Below are positions 12,421 through 24,780 of a DNA stretch of 64,000 nt, piece after piece (within the stretch, counting starts at the first letter, position 1; every line of letters starts with the position of its first letter). The stretch covers positions 63,428,001-63,492,000 of the forward strand of contig NC_045707.1 of assembly GCF_009834535.1 (NCBI RefSeq), in the 5' to 3' direction. The position numbers and the translations under genes are program-made. The notes beneath the pieces were generated by a model. That model was not told the origin of the DNA. It made no database searches and was given only the letters and a program-made list of their open reading frames with translations. The stretch is from Camelus ferus. Its lineage: Eukaryota.

Positions 12421-14170
12421 CAAATCTTTAGTTTTTTAAGGAATTTCCATACTGTCCTCCATAGTGGCTGCAACAATTTACATTCCCACCAACAGTGTAG
12501 GAGGGTTCCTTTTTCTCCACACCGTCTCCAGTATTTACTTTTTGTAGACTTTTTGATGATGGCCTTTCTGACTGGTGTGAGGTGATACCTCATTGTAGTT
12601 TTGATATGCATTTCTCTGATAACTAGTGATATTGAGCATCTTTTCATGTGCCTATTCATCATCTGTATATCTTCTTTGGAGAAATGTCTGTTTAGGCCTT
12701 CTGTCCATTTTTTTATTGGGTTGCTGGGGTTTTTCTGGGGGGGGGGTTGTTTTTGTTTTTGTTTTTTTGATATTAAGCTGTGTGAGCTGTTTGTATATTT
12801 TGGAAATTAGTCCCTTATCAGTCGCATCATTTGCAAATATTTTCTCCCATTCTGTAGGTTGTCTTTTCATTTTGGCAGTGGTATCCTCAGCTGTGCAAAA
12901 GCTTTTAAACTTATTTCAGTCCCATACATTTATTTTTGCTTTTATTTCCATTAGTCTAGGAGTTAGTTCAAAAAAATATTGCTGCAATTTATGTCAAGGA
13001 GTACTCTGCCTATATTTTCCTCTAGGAGTTTTATAGTATCTGACCTCACATTTAGGTCTTTAATCCATTTTGAGTTTATTTTTGCATATGGTGTTAGAGA
13101 GTGTTCTAACTTCATTCTTTTACATGTAGCTGTCCAGTTTTCCCAGCACAACTTACTAAAAGAGACTGTCCTTTCTTCGTCATATATTCTTGCCTCCTTT
13201 GTCATTTAATTGACCATATGATCCAACAATCCCACTCCTGGCCATATATCTGGAGAAAACTATAATTTGAAAAGACATACGCACCCCAGTGTTCACAGCA
13301 GCACCATTTACAATAGCCAGGACATGGAAACAACCTAAATATCCATCAGCAGAAAAATGAATAAAGAAGATATGATAGCTAGCTAGACAGACAGACAGAC
13401 AGTGAAATATTACTCAGCCATGAAAAAGAATGCCATCTGCAGCAACATGGGTGGACCTAGAGATTATCACATTATGTGATGTAAATCAGACAGAGAAAGA
13501 CAAATATCATATGATGTCACTTATATGTGGAATCCAAAAAAGAAAAAAAGATACAAATTTTATTTACAAACCAGAAATAGACTCACAGACATAGAAAACA
13601 AACTGTGGTTACCAGAGGGAACAGAGGGGAGGGATGGATTAGGAGTTTGGGATTAATAGATACACATTACTATACATAAAATGGATAAACAACAAGAACC
13701 TACTGTATAGCACAGGGAATTATATTTGATTTCTTGTAATGAGCTGCAATGGAAAAGAAACTGAAAATATATATATATATTACATATATATGCATATGTA
13801 AAACTGAATTGCTTTGCTGTATACCTGAAACTAACATTGTAAATCAACTACACCTCAATAAAAAATAAGAATTAGAACAATAAACCTTTAGATGACAGAA
13901 TTCTGGGGGGGAAAAATAATGAATTCCAAATCCGATTTCATTATTTAAATTTCTTGACAACTTCATGATGTAGATACTACCTGAGGAATCTAAGGAAATA
14001 AATATCATGACCCCAACTCTTCTTCCCTCAGAACTGCTGTCAGTGTTCCCCACTGGCCACAACCAACAGTCAGAGCACAAGACCTCACACTGATAGAGTC
14101 TCAGAAGAATCCGGGCACATCTGAGACCTAAGTCTTCCATGGAGATGGATGCAAATTAAATTCCAAATCT
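12188..14170 (+). repeat. Diverged ~240-bp direct repeat pair (12188-12427 and 13939-14170)
   Basis: Shared blocks in the same order: CATTATTTA, TGATGTAGATACT, CATGACCCCA, CCCCACTGGCCA, TCACACTGATAGA, GGGCACATCTGAGA, CCATGGAGAT, ATGCAAATTAAATTCCAAATCT. Confidence 0.9.
12427..13868 (+). mobile_element. 5'-inverted L1 (antisense ORF2 12427-~13213; sense ORF2 end, 3' UTR and polyA ~13214-13868)
   Basis: Minus ORFs 12333-12662, 12652-12870 and 12963-13205 translate to consecutive L1 ORF2p pieces ([39 protein letters not shown]...HCWWECKL). The plus strand resumes at CCATATGATCCAACAATCCCACTCCTGG. Confidence 0.93.
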
Positions 14171-14824
14171 GGTTCAGCAACCATCATAATTAATTGGCTT
14201 CCCATATAGGTTGCTTGCAGAAAGAGGCAACACTGTTGAGGTGAATGCAAATACTGCTCCACTTAGCATTTTATATTCTCACTCAAAATTAATAAGACAG
14301 TGTTCTGGAGTTATTAAAAATGGAAACTTTATGAACTGCTGGTTATTTCTTAGTGAAAATTCATAATAGCTGGCATAGTTTTATGACTAACAATACAAGT
14401 GATAGGAGATAGCTGTGATATAGCAAAGGCATGGACCAGGGGAAATTTTAGTTAGTTGTCAATATTTTACAAAACAAAAGATGTGGAAACAGCAGGGCAA
14501 GATTGCCCTGTGGCCATAATCAGCTGGAACTGAGTAGCTGCTTCTCCCTTTAACGGGGGGTGCTGATCCCAGTTTGTTCCATCTCAGTTGCGGCACTCCG
14601 TTAGGTTAACCACCCCATTCCTACAAGTACTTGAGGTGGTCCCTTTTGTAATCCACCTGAAAATCATCTCAGAGGGCCTGGAGCCTAGAGGGGTCCCCAG
14701 AGCCATCCCTCGTGTTTCCAAATTCTCTACTGCTAGAGGTAGTACATGGAATTAACCACGAGTTCAACAGTTAGACTAAACTGGGGGAGAAAGTAACATC
14801 AAAATCTTACCCCACTGTTTATTC

Positions 14825-16387
14825 TTACTTTTGCTTTTGTTACTCTAGGAGGCAGATTCAAAAAAATATTGTTGCAATTTATGTCAAAGAGTAAGTTTTA
14901 TAGTACCCAGTCCTATATTTAGGTCTTTAATCCATTTTGAGTTTATTTTTGTATATGGTGTTAAAGAATGTTCTAGTTTCATTCTTTTATATCCAGTTTT
15001 CCCAGCACCACATTTTTTTTTAATTGAAGTACAGTCAATTACAATGTATCAATTTCTGGTGTACAGCACAATGTCCCAGTCCCACAGCATGACTTATTAA
15101 AGAGACTGTCTTTTCTCCATTGTATATTCTTGCCTCCTTTGTCATAGATTAATTGGCCATAAGTGTGTGGGTTTATTTCTGGGCTCTCTATCTTGTTCCA
15201 TTGATCTAGTTGTCTGTTTTTCTACCAGTACTAGGCTGTTTTGATTACTATAGCTTTGTAGTATAGACAAATAAACAAATGGGACCTAATTAAGCTTAAA
15301 ACCTTTTGCAAAGCAAACTATAAGCAAAAAGGAAAAACAACCCATGAAATAGGAGAAAATATTTGAAAGCAATACAACTTATAATAGCTAATTTCCAAAA
15401 TAGACAAACAGCTTACACAGCTCAATATCAAAAACTAAACAACCCAATCAAAAAAATGGGCAGAAGATAAACAGACATTTCTCCAAAAAAGACATACAGA
15501 TGGCTAACAGACACATGAAAAGACGTTCAACATTGCCAATTATTAGAGAAATGCAAATCGAAACTGCAATGAGGTACCACCTCACACTGGTCAGAATGGC
15601 CACCATCAAAAAGCTTATGAATAAGAAATGTTAGAGGAGGTATGGAGAAAGGAGAACCCTCCTACACTGTTGGTGGGGATGTAAATTGGTGCAGCCACTA
15701 CAAAGGACAGTATGGAGGTTCCTTAAAAAATTAAAAATTGAGTTACCATATGATCCAGTCCTGGGCATATATCCAGAAAAGACAAAAACTCTAATTTGAA
15801 AAGATACATGCATCCCAATGTTCATAGCAGCACAATTTACAACAGCCAAGACATTGAAGCATCCTCAAGTGTCCATGGATGGATGAATGGATAAAGAAGA
15901 TGTGGTGTGTATATATATATATATACACACACACACACAATGGAATAATACTCAGCCATAAAAATAAATGAAATAATGCCGTGTGCAGCAACATGAATAG
16001 ACCTAGATATTATCATACTAAGTGAAGTAAGTCAGACAAAGAATTATTATATGATATCACTTATATGTGAAATCTTTAAAAAATGATACAAATGAACTTA
16101 TTTACAAAACAGAAACAGACTCACAGACATACAAAGCAAACATGGTTACCAAAGGGAAAAAGGGGGAAGCATAAATTGGGAATCTGAGTTTAACAGATAC
16201 ACACTATCATGTATAAAATAAACAAAAAGGTCCTACTGTATAGTACAAGGAACTATATTCAAAATCTTGTAATAACCTATAATGGAAAAGAATCTGAAAA
16301 AGAATATATACATATATACACAACTGAATCACTCTGCTATACACCCGAAACTTTGTAAATCAGCTATACTTCAAAAAAAAAAAAATA
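14825..16387 (+). mobile_element. 5'-inverted L1 (antisense ~14825-15265; sense ~15266-16387)
   Basis: Antisense ORF2 motifs (AGGTCTTTAATCCATTTTGAGTTTATTTTTGTATATGG) followed by sense ORF2 end, 3' UTR and polyA. Confidence 0.9.
15012..15084 (-). mobile_element. Very short L1 3'-end insertion nested in the antisense arm of the L1 above
   Basis: PolyT followed by AATTGAAGTACAGTCAATTACAATG...GTGTACAGCAC, flanked by CAGCACCAC / CAGCATGAC (degenerate TSD). Confidence 0.75.
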
Positions 16388-16599
16388 AACTTAGCCCAAA
16401 ATATGGAGAGCTCTCTTTATTCCACTTTTTCACTTCATTCTTTTGATCTTTCTCTGCTCTCTTAAAATTGTTTTCTAAAAACATTTATTGTTGAGCACCA
16501 AGCTCCTGGATTTGGATTTTACAACTCTTTTTTTGTTGCTGTTTACAGCTATAGAATTTCCTTTTTCCCCTTTAATTATTTCCATTTCACTGACTAAGA

Positions 16600-17010
16600 T
16601 CGCTTAACCTTTCTGAGACCTTCACGATCTGAACCCTGCTTACTACTCCAGCTGCATCTTTTTCTCTTCTTCTGTCATTCCACTCCCACACTGACCTCCT
16701 CCACAGTGAGAGAGGAAGAGAGAGAATCTCCAGGAATACTAACCTAATGTAGGTAATGACATATGCACAGGAAGTCTTCCTTCATCACTGTCCTACTCCA
16801 GACTCCCTACTAATACTCAGTTTAGCTCACAGCCACCCCCAAATGCTCCCACACCCACAGGGTTGGGATAGGTGCCCCACCTTTGTACGCTTAAAAATAG
16901 CCCATGCAGTTAGCCCCTATCTGTAATATAGGCATTTGTTTATTTCTTTGTCTTTTCCACTAGACAACCAGACCCTTGCCAGCAGGATAAGTCACACACT
17001 GACTGAATTA
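16600..17010 (+). mobile_element. L2 3' fragment
   Basis: GACCTTCACGATCTGAACCCTGCTTAC...TGTCTTTTCCACTAGAC...TGACTGAATTAAT, resembling the L2 3' end. Confidence 0.5.
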
Positions 17011-17266
17011 ATCAATATCTAAAGTTTAATCCAGACGGCTAATTCAGACAACTACATCTTCACTGTTGTCCTAGGTGTTCAAAACACAACTTGGACCCTA
17101 AACGTGATTTCTCCATCTTTATCTCCTTTTTTATCCCCTCCACTTCTCAATTCCATCCTCAAAATGAGCTTTCTGAGTACCATTTTAATTTTTTCCCCAG
17201 TAGTCAATACCCTCCACATAGGCTCAGGGAATGCATTTTTGATTTCATAATAAATGATATAAACCA

Positions 17267-17672
17267 TTGTCACAAGTGATACGTCTATAGGAAATGTAAC
17301 TCAAAATGACTCTCCAGTTTTCTGAGGCATCAGGTGTTTGTTCTAACACGTCTCTGGGACCGCTCACTAAAGGGAGCCCTCTTACCACCGAGTTCAAGCT
17401 CCTTCAACCCACTGGGGTTTCAACAACTGCTTTGCAGTCTTCCCTCCTCACTTCTCCTTCTACCCTACTTTTCCTCTCCTCAACACATACACAAATCCAC
17501 AAGCAGTCTCCACCACACAGACCTGTTTGGCTTTCAATTACAAGAGATGTCAGCCTAATGGATTGGGGGTGACACTGTTCCAATTCCGTTCAAGGAGCAC
17601 AGTCAATAAGAAATAAATCTTCATCCATCAATATGCTGGAGATCAGAGGGCTTCTCAGGTCACCTGTTACTC
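17267..17672 (+). mobile_element. Possible unclassified old solo LTR
   Basis: Starts TGTCACA, has AATAAA at ~17612 and ends near TGTTAC; family not recognised. Confidence 0.3.
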
Positions 17673-17899
17673 ACCTCGGAGGACTCTGGAACTCAGTAAA
17701 ACCACTCAGCGGTACCCTCTCTCCAGCTGAGAGACACACCTGCCCCTCCTCACCAGAAAAGATACACACAAATGGCCGCTGAAGGGACTGTAGTTCAAGC
17801 TTAATTCCACCACAATGAATCACATCTAGCACAAAAAAGGACTCTCAAAAGGCTAGTTCTTTAGAATTCATACTAGGATCTGAACACCAAAATTGTATG

Positions 17900-18150
17900 A
17901 GCTCCCTAATCAGGAGGCACTGGTGTGGCCTCATTCAATCAGTTAAAGACCTGAATTGAGGGGAGGAGGTCTGAGTAAAAGGGAACTTCCCCGGCCTGCC
18001 TGCAGCCCAGCTTTGCTTGAGCTGGGACATGGGTCTCCTGCCGTAGGGTTGGAACATATACCATCGCCTGGTTCTCAGGTCTTCTGACCCAGACAGACTG
18101 GAACTACACAACCAGCTCTCCGTGTCTGCAGCCTGCCAACTGCAACACCA
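17900..18150 (+). mobile_element. MLT2 (ERV-L LTR) fragment
   Basis: GGCCTCATTCAATCAGTTAAAGACCTGAAT...TTGAGCTGGGACAT...GACTGGAACTACAC, typical of MLT2. Confidence 0.75.
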
Positions 18151-18159
18151 GCAGAATAG

Positions 18160-18960
18160 GAAGACCTTACTGTGGCATGATATGTAAGCAAAGACTTGAA
18201 AGAAACGAGGAAACGAGACATGAGTGTTTATGGGGGAGCCTAAGAAGGAGCTGCCAGGGTGGTAGGAGAAAAATTGGAAATTTGATGGCCCAGAAGTCTA
18301 GTGAGGACTGTTTCAAGGAGTAAGGAATAATCAGTTATGCCAAATGCTGCCTACAGCTCAGTTAAGACAAGGGTGAAGGATTGGCTGTTGAATTTTGCAA
18401 TGTGGAGGTCATTGGTGAACTCTGATAAAAAGCATGTCAGTAGGGGGATGGTGAGTATTGGCCTGATTGGAAGGCATTCAGAGAGAATGGGGGAACTGGA
18501 GGAAACAAGCATATATTACTAGGTGGTGGGGGGGGGGGTGTCTGTAAATGGGAGCAAGGAAATGGGGCAAATGAAGAGAGCAGGGTTGGGCAGATAGTCT
18601 CATAAAAATGACCAAATGAGGAGGGTAAAGTGATAATGCTAGAGAGAGCACGGGGAATGTCTGGGGTGCTTTTTTAGTAAATGAAAGGAGATGGCATCTT
18701 ATCCCCAAGTGGAGGGTTGGCTTTGAATGGGAGAATAAAGGGTCCATCCAAAAATATAAGAGGAAAAGGAGGTTGCAGTGACAGATACTGGGAGGTGGAT
18801 AGATGTGGGGCTGGGAGCCTGCAGATATAATCAAAGCTAAGTTTCAAAAGTTAATTCTGCCTGCTCCACGGGCAATAGGACAACTGTGAAGGCAGGGAGC
18901 CCAGAAAGAAAACTGGTGTAATTGCACAGACATGAGATTTCAGTGGCTTGGACTAAGGCA
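18160..18960 (-). mobile_element. L2 fragments
   Basis: Antisense L2 motifs (GCCAAATGCTGCC...TTTTGCAATGTGGAGGTCATTGGTGA; GTGGCTTGGACTAAGG). Confidence 0.65.
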
Positions 18961-20534
18961 GTGGCAATGCCAGTGAATTTTTATATTATAATTAAACTAG
19001 CATGTGTGTAATCTGATTTCTATGTAGCATCACCAATAATCTTTCTATGCAAGTATTTATTTATACATTGATTTTGCAACTAAACTCAAACTTCTAAATT
19101 ATATCTAAGTATCATTAAAGACAAAAGAAAATGTTAAAAGAAATGTTTTATCACAAGTATGGCTAGAAAATAACGTTCCCATACATTTTTGTATTCTGTT
19201 TGGTGTTTATCAACTTCTTTAATCTTATTTCCACATGATATTCTGTAATCAGGAAAAAAACATGCAAATAATAGATGACAACATTTCCTATCACTCTTGT
19301 CTCCCCACACTTTCACCTGTTCCTACAATAGTAGATACATGATAGAAATAGTTTCCATGTTTTTCAAGAGAAGTTACTATATGTCATTGAAATTAGAAGC
19401 TAGCTGAGGGGAACGGAGGTGTGGCTCTGTTCATAAACTTTAAAAGAATTATTAGTCAATGCAGAAGATTTCCATAGAATTGAAACTGAAAAAATATAGC
19501 ACCTGTTTTGATTTTCTACATATTCTTAATCATTTTTAACCCCACCATGATACGCATTCATTTTTTTTTTTTTTTGGTCTCTTTTAAAGCTTCAGCAAGA
19601 AATGTATTTGTAACCATTTTGCTTTTTTATTTAGTCACCTGATGTGAAACCATCTAACACGCACAATATATAAGATTCAACCCCACACTTCCCAGTGAGA
19701 TTTGAAACGTGCCTAGACTCTCCAGCAGAAAATAGGTAATTCCCAGGGAGGGAAAATGTTATGCTGTAAATAGCTGCCTCTTGCATTAATCCACAGTCTT
19801 TACTATTTGCTCCATTTTCTTTCATAAGATTAACATTTAAAAGCCTCTTTGTCACGGACTGAAATTGAATTGTGAAATGTTCTCCTGAATAAATAATTTC
19901 TTCCTGAATGTTAATTACATAGGCAATTATCCTCGAGTGTAATTTTACATAAATACAGTGTTAGAAGTTTTACAGATATGAACAATTGCATAAATGCCTC
20001 CTCGATTAGGGGAAAAAAAAAGTTTCTGAGGTTGAAATGAAAGTGTCTGACATGCTGGATAAATATGGAACATTTGATGTATTGAATATTAATCTGTATG
20101 TTTATAGAACTCATTACACAGCTTTAGGGCAACTACAATAGCTAAATATTCATAAAGACAAAACATACATACTTTATTTTCCTTATATAGTCCTAACAAT
20201 GACAAAAATAAGTATATTGGTACTTCAAGATCTAAGCCAAAAGTTATCAATGAGACAACCTCCAATTACAAGTAATCTGACAATGAAGTTTATCCAATTT
20301 TGATATGTGGAATTTTTCTTCCAGGTAAGGTACTTTGTATGCAATTATCAGCTTCTTATTTGATAATAACATGATGACACGCTGATGATGGTGACAGACT
20401 AGATTTTACAAGGCAACCTCGTTAACTGCTTTAGCCAATAGATTCTTAGTTAAGGATCTCTACTCCACTAAGAGTCACAAAGACATTGGATCTAGAATCA
20501 TTTGCTCACTGAAGATAATAACTCATAAAGCAGG

Positions 20535-20750
20535 CACTATTTATTGAGCATTTTCTATGTGCAGGTGCTCTACTAAACATCTTACCCACATTGTCCCTTT
20601 TAACCTCACTGCGACTCTATGACACTATGAAAGCCACTGGGGAAACCAAGCTTAGGAATTTTTTTAACTTGCCAAGTTCTTACAACAATACTAAAGGTAG
20701 ATCCAAAATCCAAACCCAGGTTTTGCTTAACCCTGGAGTCCACACTATTA
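20535..20750 (-). mobile_element. MIR SINE
   Basis: TATTTATTGAGCATTTTCTATGTGCAGG...GGGAAACCAAGCTTAGG...AACTTGCCAAG. Confidence 0.65.
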
Positions 20751-21024
20751 GGTAGAAAATAGAAGGGTTTGGAATGTAGGAAGAAAAAAAAAAAAAAAAA
20801 GCCTTGGAATTAGCCCAGAGTTGAAAATCTACCAGTATTTTAAATCACTGCCTTAAATCCTCTCCCCTTTTTCTTCTTCTATAAGTATTTAGCCTGAATT
20901 GACACTGGGATTGAGTCAAGTGTAGCAGCCAAGAAATCTGTCTGAATTCAAAGAAGGAATCAATCCAATTATTCGCTGTTAATTTTTTTCATTGATTGAG
21001 ATTTTAATTTAGCTTATAAATCCT

Positions 21025-21150
21025 TCTTACTCAGTGTGATCTGCAGACCAAAACCAACATCGACCTCACCCAGAACCTTGTTAGAAATGCAGAAACTCAG
21101 GCCCCTCCCTGCCCCGCCAAGCAAGTTCCCAGTTCGAGAAGCACTGCCAT
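21025..21150. mobile_element. MER5-like hAT MITE, internally deleted
   Basis: CTTGTTAGAAATGCAGAAACTCAGGCCC and terminal GAGAAGCACTG. Confidence 0.7.
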
Positions 21151-21842
21151 TAGTAATAGACCATCCAGATTCACACAGATCCAGAACTAATCTCCTATAA
21201 AATTCTGAAAAAATACAGTGAAGTTTCAAAGGTGTCCTTTGCAGGTCTACACCATAAACTTCTAGTGCTTGATGATAATGATGAGAAAAGGAGGTCAACA
21301 GATACACCAGGTGAATTTCAGGAAGTGCTTTCATTGGGTTTTGAAATTCCCCTAAACTTTCCAACCTATAAAACTAACCCAGAAAAGCTTCTATTTAGAG
21401 GCTTGTGGGCAGACAGCTTCTACTACTGCTGGATTTCAGTGGGAGGATTCTGCTTTCAGAAAGTAGTTCAGTCACTGATTTTAAAAAATAATGAATAGAT
21501 ATGATTTTCACATTATATTAAGGCTTGTTTACACTATTCCGTAGCTCCCTGTTAGGAATCACAAAATACCACATTAACATCTCCAATAGTTTGATGACAT
21601 GTTTAAGGGAACAAATTGCTATTCTGAATTTACAAAATATTCAGTGACTTGTCCACATGGTTACATAAGACATAAACATCATTATTATCGCTAGTTTAAC
21701 TTTGCATTTTTTACTTAAACTCCAAAGAATTCACACCAATACTCTTTTTCACATTCCCAACTTTGCTTGGTATTAAGACAATGATGAAATATTTGCGGGG
21801 TACCTTATAATCAGCTATTGAAACCTTCTCAAAATGCTACAG

Positions 21843-21893
21843 GCTGACTCCATGCACAGGCTAAACTCGTCTTTACCTGTGCATGGAGTCAGC
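21843..21893. repeat. Perfect inverted repeat (18-bp arms, 15-nt spacer)
   Basis: GCTGACTCCATGCACAGG (21843-21860) and CCTGTGCATGGAGTCAGC (21876-21893) are exact reverse complements. Confidence 0.95.
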
Positions 21894-22274
21894 AGTCCAC
21901 GTAGTTTTAGGTACCAGGGAGAGACTTTCCTGCCTGTTTCAGACAACATTCGGGTGTAGAACATAGAATCCATTCTAGTTAACTGAAGCGGTATGTTACA
22001 CAGGATATTAAGTAACTTAGTCTTTAGGCGGGCTGCGGAAACTGAAGGTAGGTTGGGATTCATGGAGTGACTCCCAAAGTCACATCGCAGAACTCGGACA
22101 CTAAGGAAGCTTCTGACAGAATCAGTCAACTGTAGAATGAAGAAGCTGCCCATTGAGTCAGGAAGAACTGTAACAGCTACTAGCTCCAGAATCACACCTC
22201 TTCTGTATGAGCCACACCAACCAGTCTTCAACTGAGCCCATGAAGCATCTCATAAAGATGCCGTCAAAGAGATC

Positions 22275-22820
22275 AAGAAAATGTGATGTAAATATATATA
22301 CAGTGGAATATTATTTAGCCTTAAAAAAGAAGGAAATCCTATCATTTGCAACAACATATGCTAAGTGAAACAAGCCAGAGAAAGACAAATACTGCATGGT
22401 ATCACTTATATGTAGAATCTTAAAAAAAAAAAAAAAAAAAGTTGGAAAAAAAAGGTCAAACAAATAGCCATAGCTTGTAAAAGTAGAAAAGTGGTATTAT
22501 CCTGTGGGGTGAGGGAAATAGGGAGAGGTTAGTAAAAGGGTACAAACTCACTTAAAATATAGAATAAGGTCTGAGAATTTAATGTATAACACAGTGACTA
22601 TAGTTGATAACACTGTATTCTATAATTGAAATTTGCAAAGAGAGAAGAATTTAAATGTTCTCACAAAAAAAGTTAAAAATATGAGGTGATTGATGTGTTA
22701 ATTAACTTGATGGGGGGAACCCTTTCACAATGTATATGTGTATCAAACCATCACGTTATACACTTTAAATATATTACAATTTCATCTCTCAGTTACACCT
22801 CAGTAAAGCTGAAAAAAAGC
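22275..22820 (+). mobile_element. L1 3' UTR fragment
   Basis: GGAATATTATTTAGCCTTAAAAAAGAAGGAAATCC...CACTTATATGTAGAATC...TACACCTCAGTAAAGCTGAAAAAAA. Confidence 0.88.
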
Positions 22821-23029
22821 CATCTGTCTGTGAGTAATGGAACACATGTTAAGACCAGTGTATTCCACGAAAATCCACCCCACTGTCTTTATTTTGTACG
22901 TAACATTAGGCAGAGACAATGCTCTATAACCGAAGTTAAGGCATTCAGCAAGCCCACTGATTATAGAGCTTGCAAAAAGATGGAAAAAGGGAAGGCAAAA
23001 TAAAATGCAGAATAAATAATCATTTCAGT

Positions 23030-24470
23030 GAGAACAAGGTTCTACCCCTTCTAAAACAGAAAAGATCTGATCTAATTGACCCGCCACGATGTGGCTTCCA
23101 AGTTTCCATCAAGGACGGTGCCGACTGGACACAGTATAACCAGATCAGATTTAGAGAAGGGGATTCTAAGTTCTGGAGTCCATACATTACTGTCATCCTT
23201 GCCAACATCGTCACTGGTTTGTTAGCCCATTGTTCAAGCACTGAGGTGGCTAGTGGGAAAACTATGGGGGAAATTATCTTGTCCACATAGCTGTTGAAAA
23301 AAATTTTTTTACAGAATGGGCATTAATGTGAATATTCACATGACAGAAACAATATTACATTCTGAGTCCATACTTGGAGGTCTATCCAGATATATTTACC
23401 TCAAACCTTGTCACCAATCTCCCAATTATGATCTTTCTAAATTCCTGAATATCCAGCCAAACCATTAGCCTCTGCCCATGAATTGGGATAGATCCATGAT
23501 TCTGACCATGTCTCCTTCCACACAAAGTGGAAAAGTCAGTTTACCATCCAAATTTCTGCCCACTGGAAGGATTTCTCTTCCTTGTGGTCCTTCAGGTCCA
23601 CGCCCTCTGTGGGGTTATATTGCTGTAGGGGGTCACTTGTGCAATGCTGTATTATAAGGCAGAGCCGTCTGCAAACCAGAATTGAACTTTTTCTTCCACA
23701 GGTGGCGAGTTAGAGAAAACTCGACGTGAGGCATCAGTGAGTTAATAGAGAGGAGACACTGCAACACGACCAAGTACATTGGAAATGTGAGCCATTGGCT
23801 CTTGAAACTTATTAGTGCCTACAGAACATGAGTAGGCTGATCTCATATATGCCATTTCCACCTGATGGAACAGACTTAGCATTAGTGCCTGGAGAAGCAG
23901 AGAACACGTAGGTCACCACTGGAGGCTAAGTTCACGTGGTCGGACTTTCAATATCTAACAACGTCCAGTAGCAAGTCAAGAGTAGTTTCTCAACAGTAGA
24001 ATATTTATTTGCTTCCAAATCCTACAGGTTTGCTTTGACTATGATGCTTCTATAAAGGTTTTCTAGAGACTACACAGGGCATCCCAAAGTTCCACGGACG
24101 TCTTAAGCATCCCTGGAGCTGCTGGCTCACAAAGACTAAAAGACGAAACCTTGCACTGAAGGTTGGACCAGCTGCAGTGGCTTCTCTGACACTCAGCCTC
24201 ACTCATACCTAGTAACTTCAGGGGCTCCCTCAGTAAACAGATTCTAAATGTGGGCGAGGTTGCCTCCAACGTTCAAAGGGACCCACAATGCATTGTGCCT
24301 CCTTCTTAAAAGTATTTCAGAGGGGATATCCCAGATGTAAAATCTCCAAGAAACTTTGCCAGAGTGACTGGCCTTGAATTCTCTTTGGATTTGTTTTTTC
24401 CCTACTCTCAGATCACATATTTCCTTCCAGGGCATCTCGAGTGCCTGCCTGTTTGCTAGGTCCAGCCATC
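23030..24470 (-). mobile_element. Decayed ERV-L-type pol (RT thumb/connection, RNase H, start of integrase)
   Basis: Minus-strand translation with stops and frameshifts gives KEAQCIVGPFERWRQPRPHL, DALCSL*, NKYSTVEKLLLTCYWTLLDIE, SIRWKWHI*DQ and PLATSVLEQWANK, collinear with recalled ERV-L Pol (KEAQRLVGLFGFWRQHIPHL; YSPFEKQLLACYWAL; IIKWKWYIRD; PVIAQWAHE). Confidence 0.88.
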
Positions 24471-24519
24471 ATGAGGAGGCCGCCACTGAAACAGACCAGA
24501 ATGTTTTCCTTTGAGATGG

Positions 24520-24780
24520 TGAAATAATAAAGATCCTGCATAAAGGTAGCTACAGTGAAGATCGGTTTTATAATCCCCACTTCAGATAGGAGAAAAATTG
24601 AGTCAGAATAGCAGTAAGTTCCTTGAATGGCAGGTCTGTCCGTCTCCGAAGGCTTTTCTCTTGACCTTTATGGGACGAAATGTGCAGCTAGTAGCACAGA
24701 CAACGGAATGTACTCTGGGCGAGATAGATGGGGATGGATACCAAGGCCACGGCAGTGCCCAACAGTCTGTGCACTCCTGG
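24520..24780 (-). mobile_element. MIR SINE (degenerate)
   Basis: ATCCCCACTTCAGATAGGAGAAAAATTGAGTCAGA core. Confidence 0.5.

Noticed and set aside
12188..14170. LTR pair or giant TSD around the L1
   Set aside because: The interior is plain L1, the copies look more diverged than expected for this L1's TSD, and a normal short TSD candidate exists.
21815..22231. 138-aa minus-strand ORF overlapping the hairpin
   Set aside because: No recognisable homology or splice context; consistent with chance.
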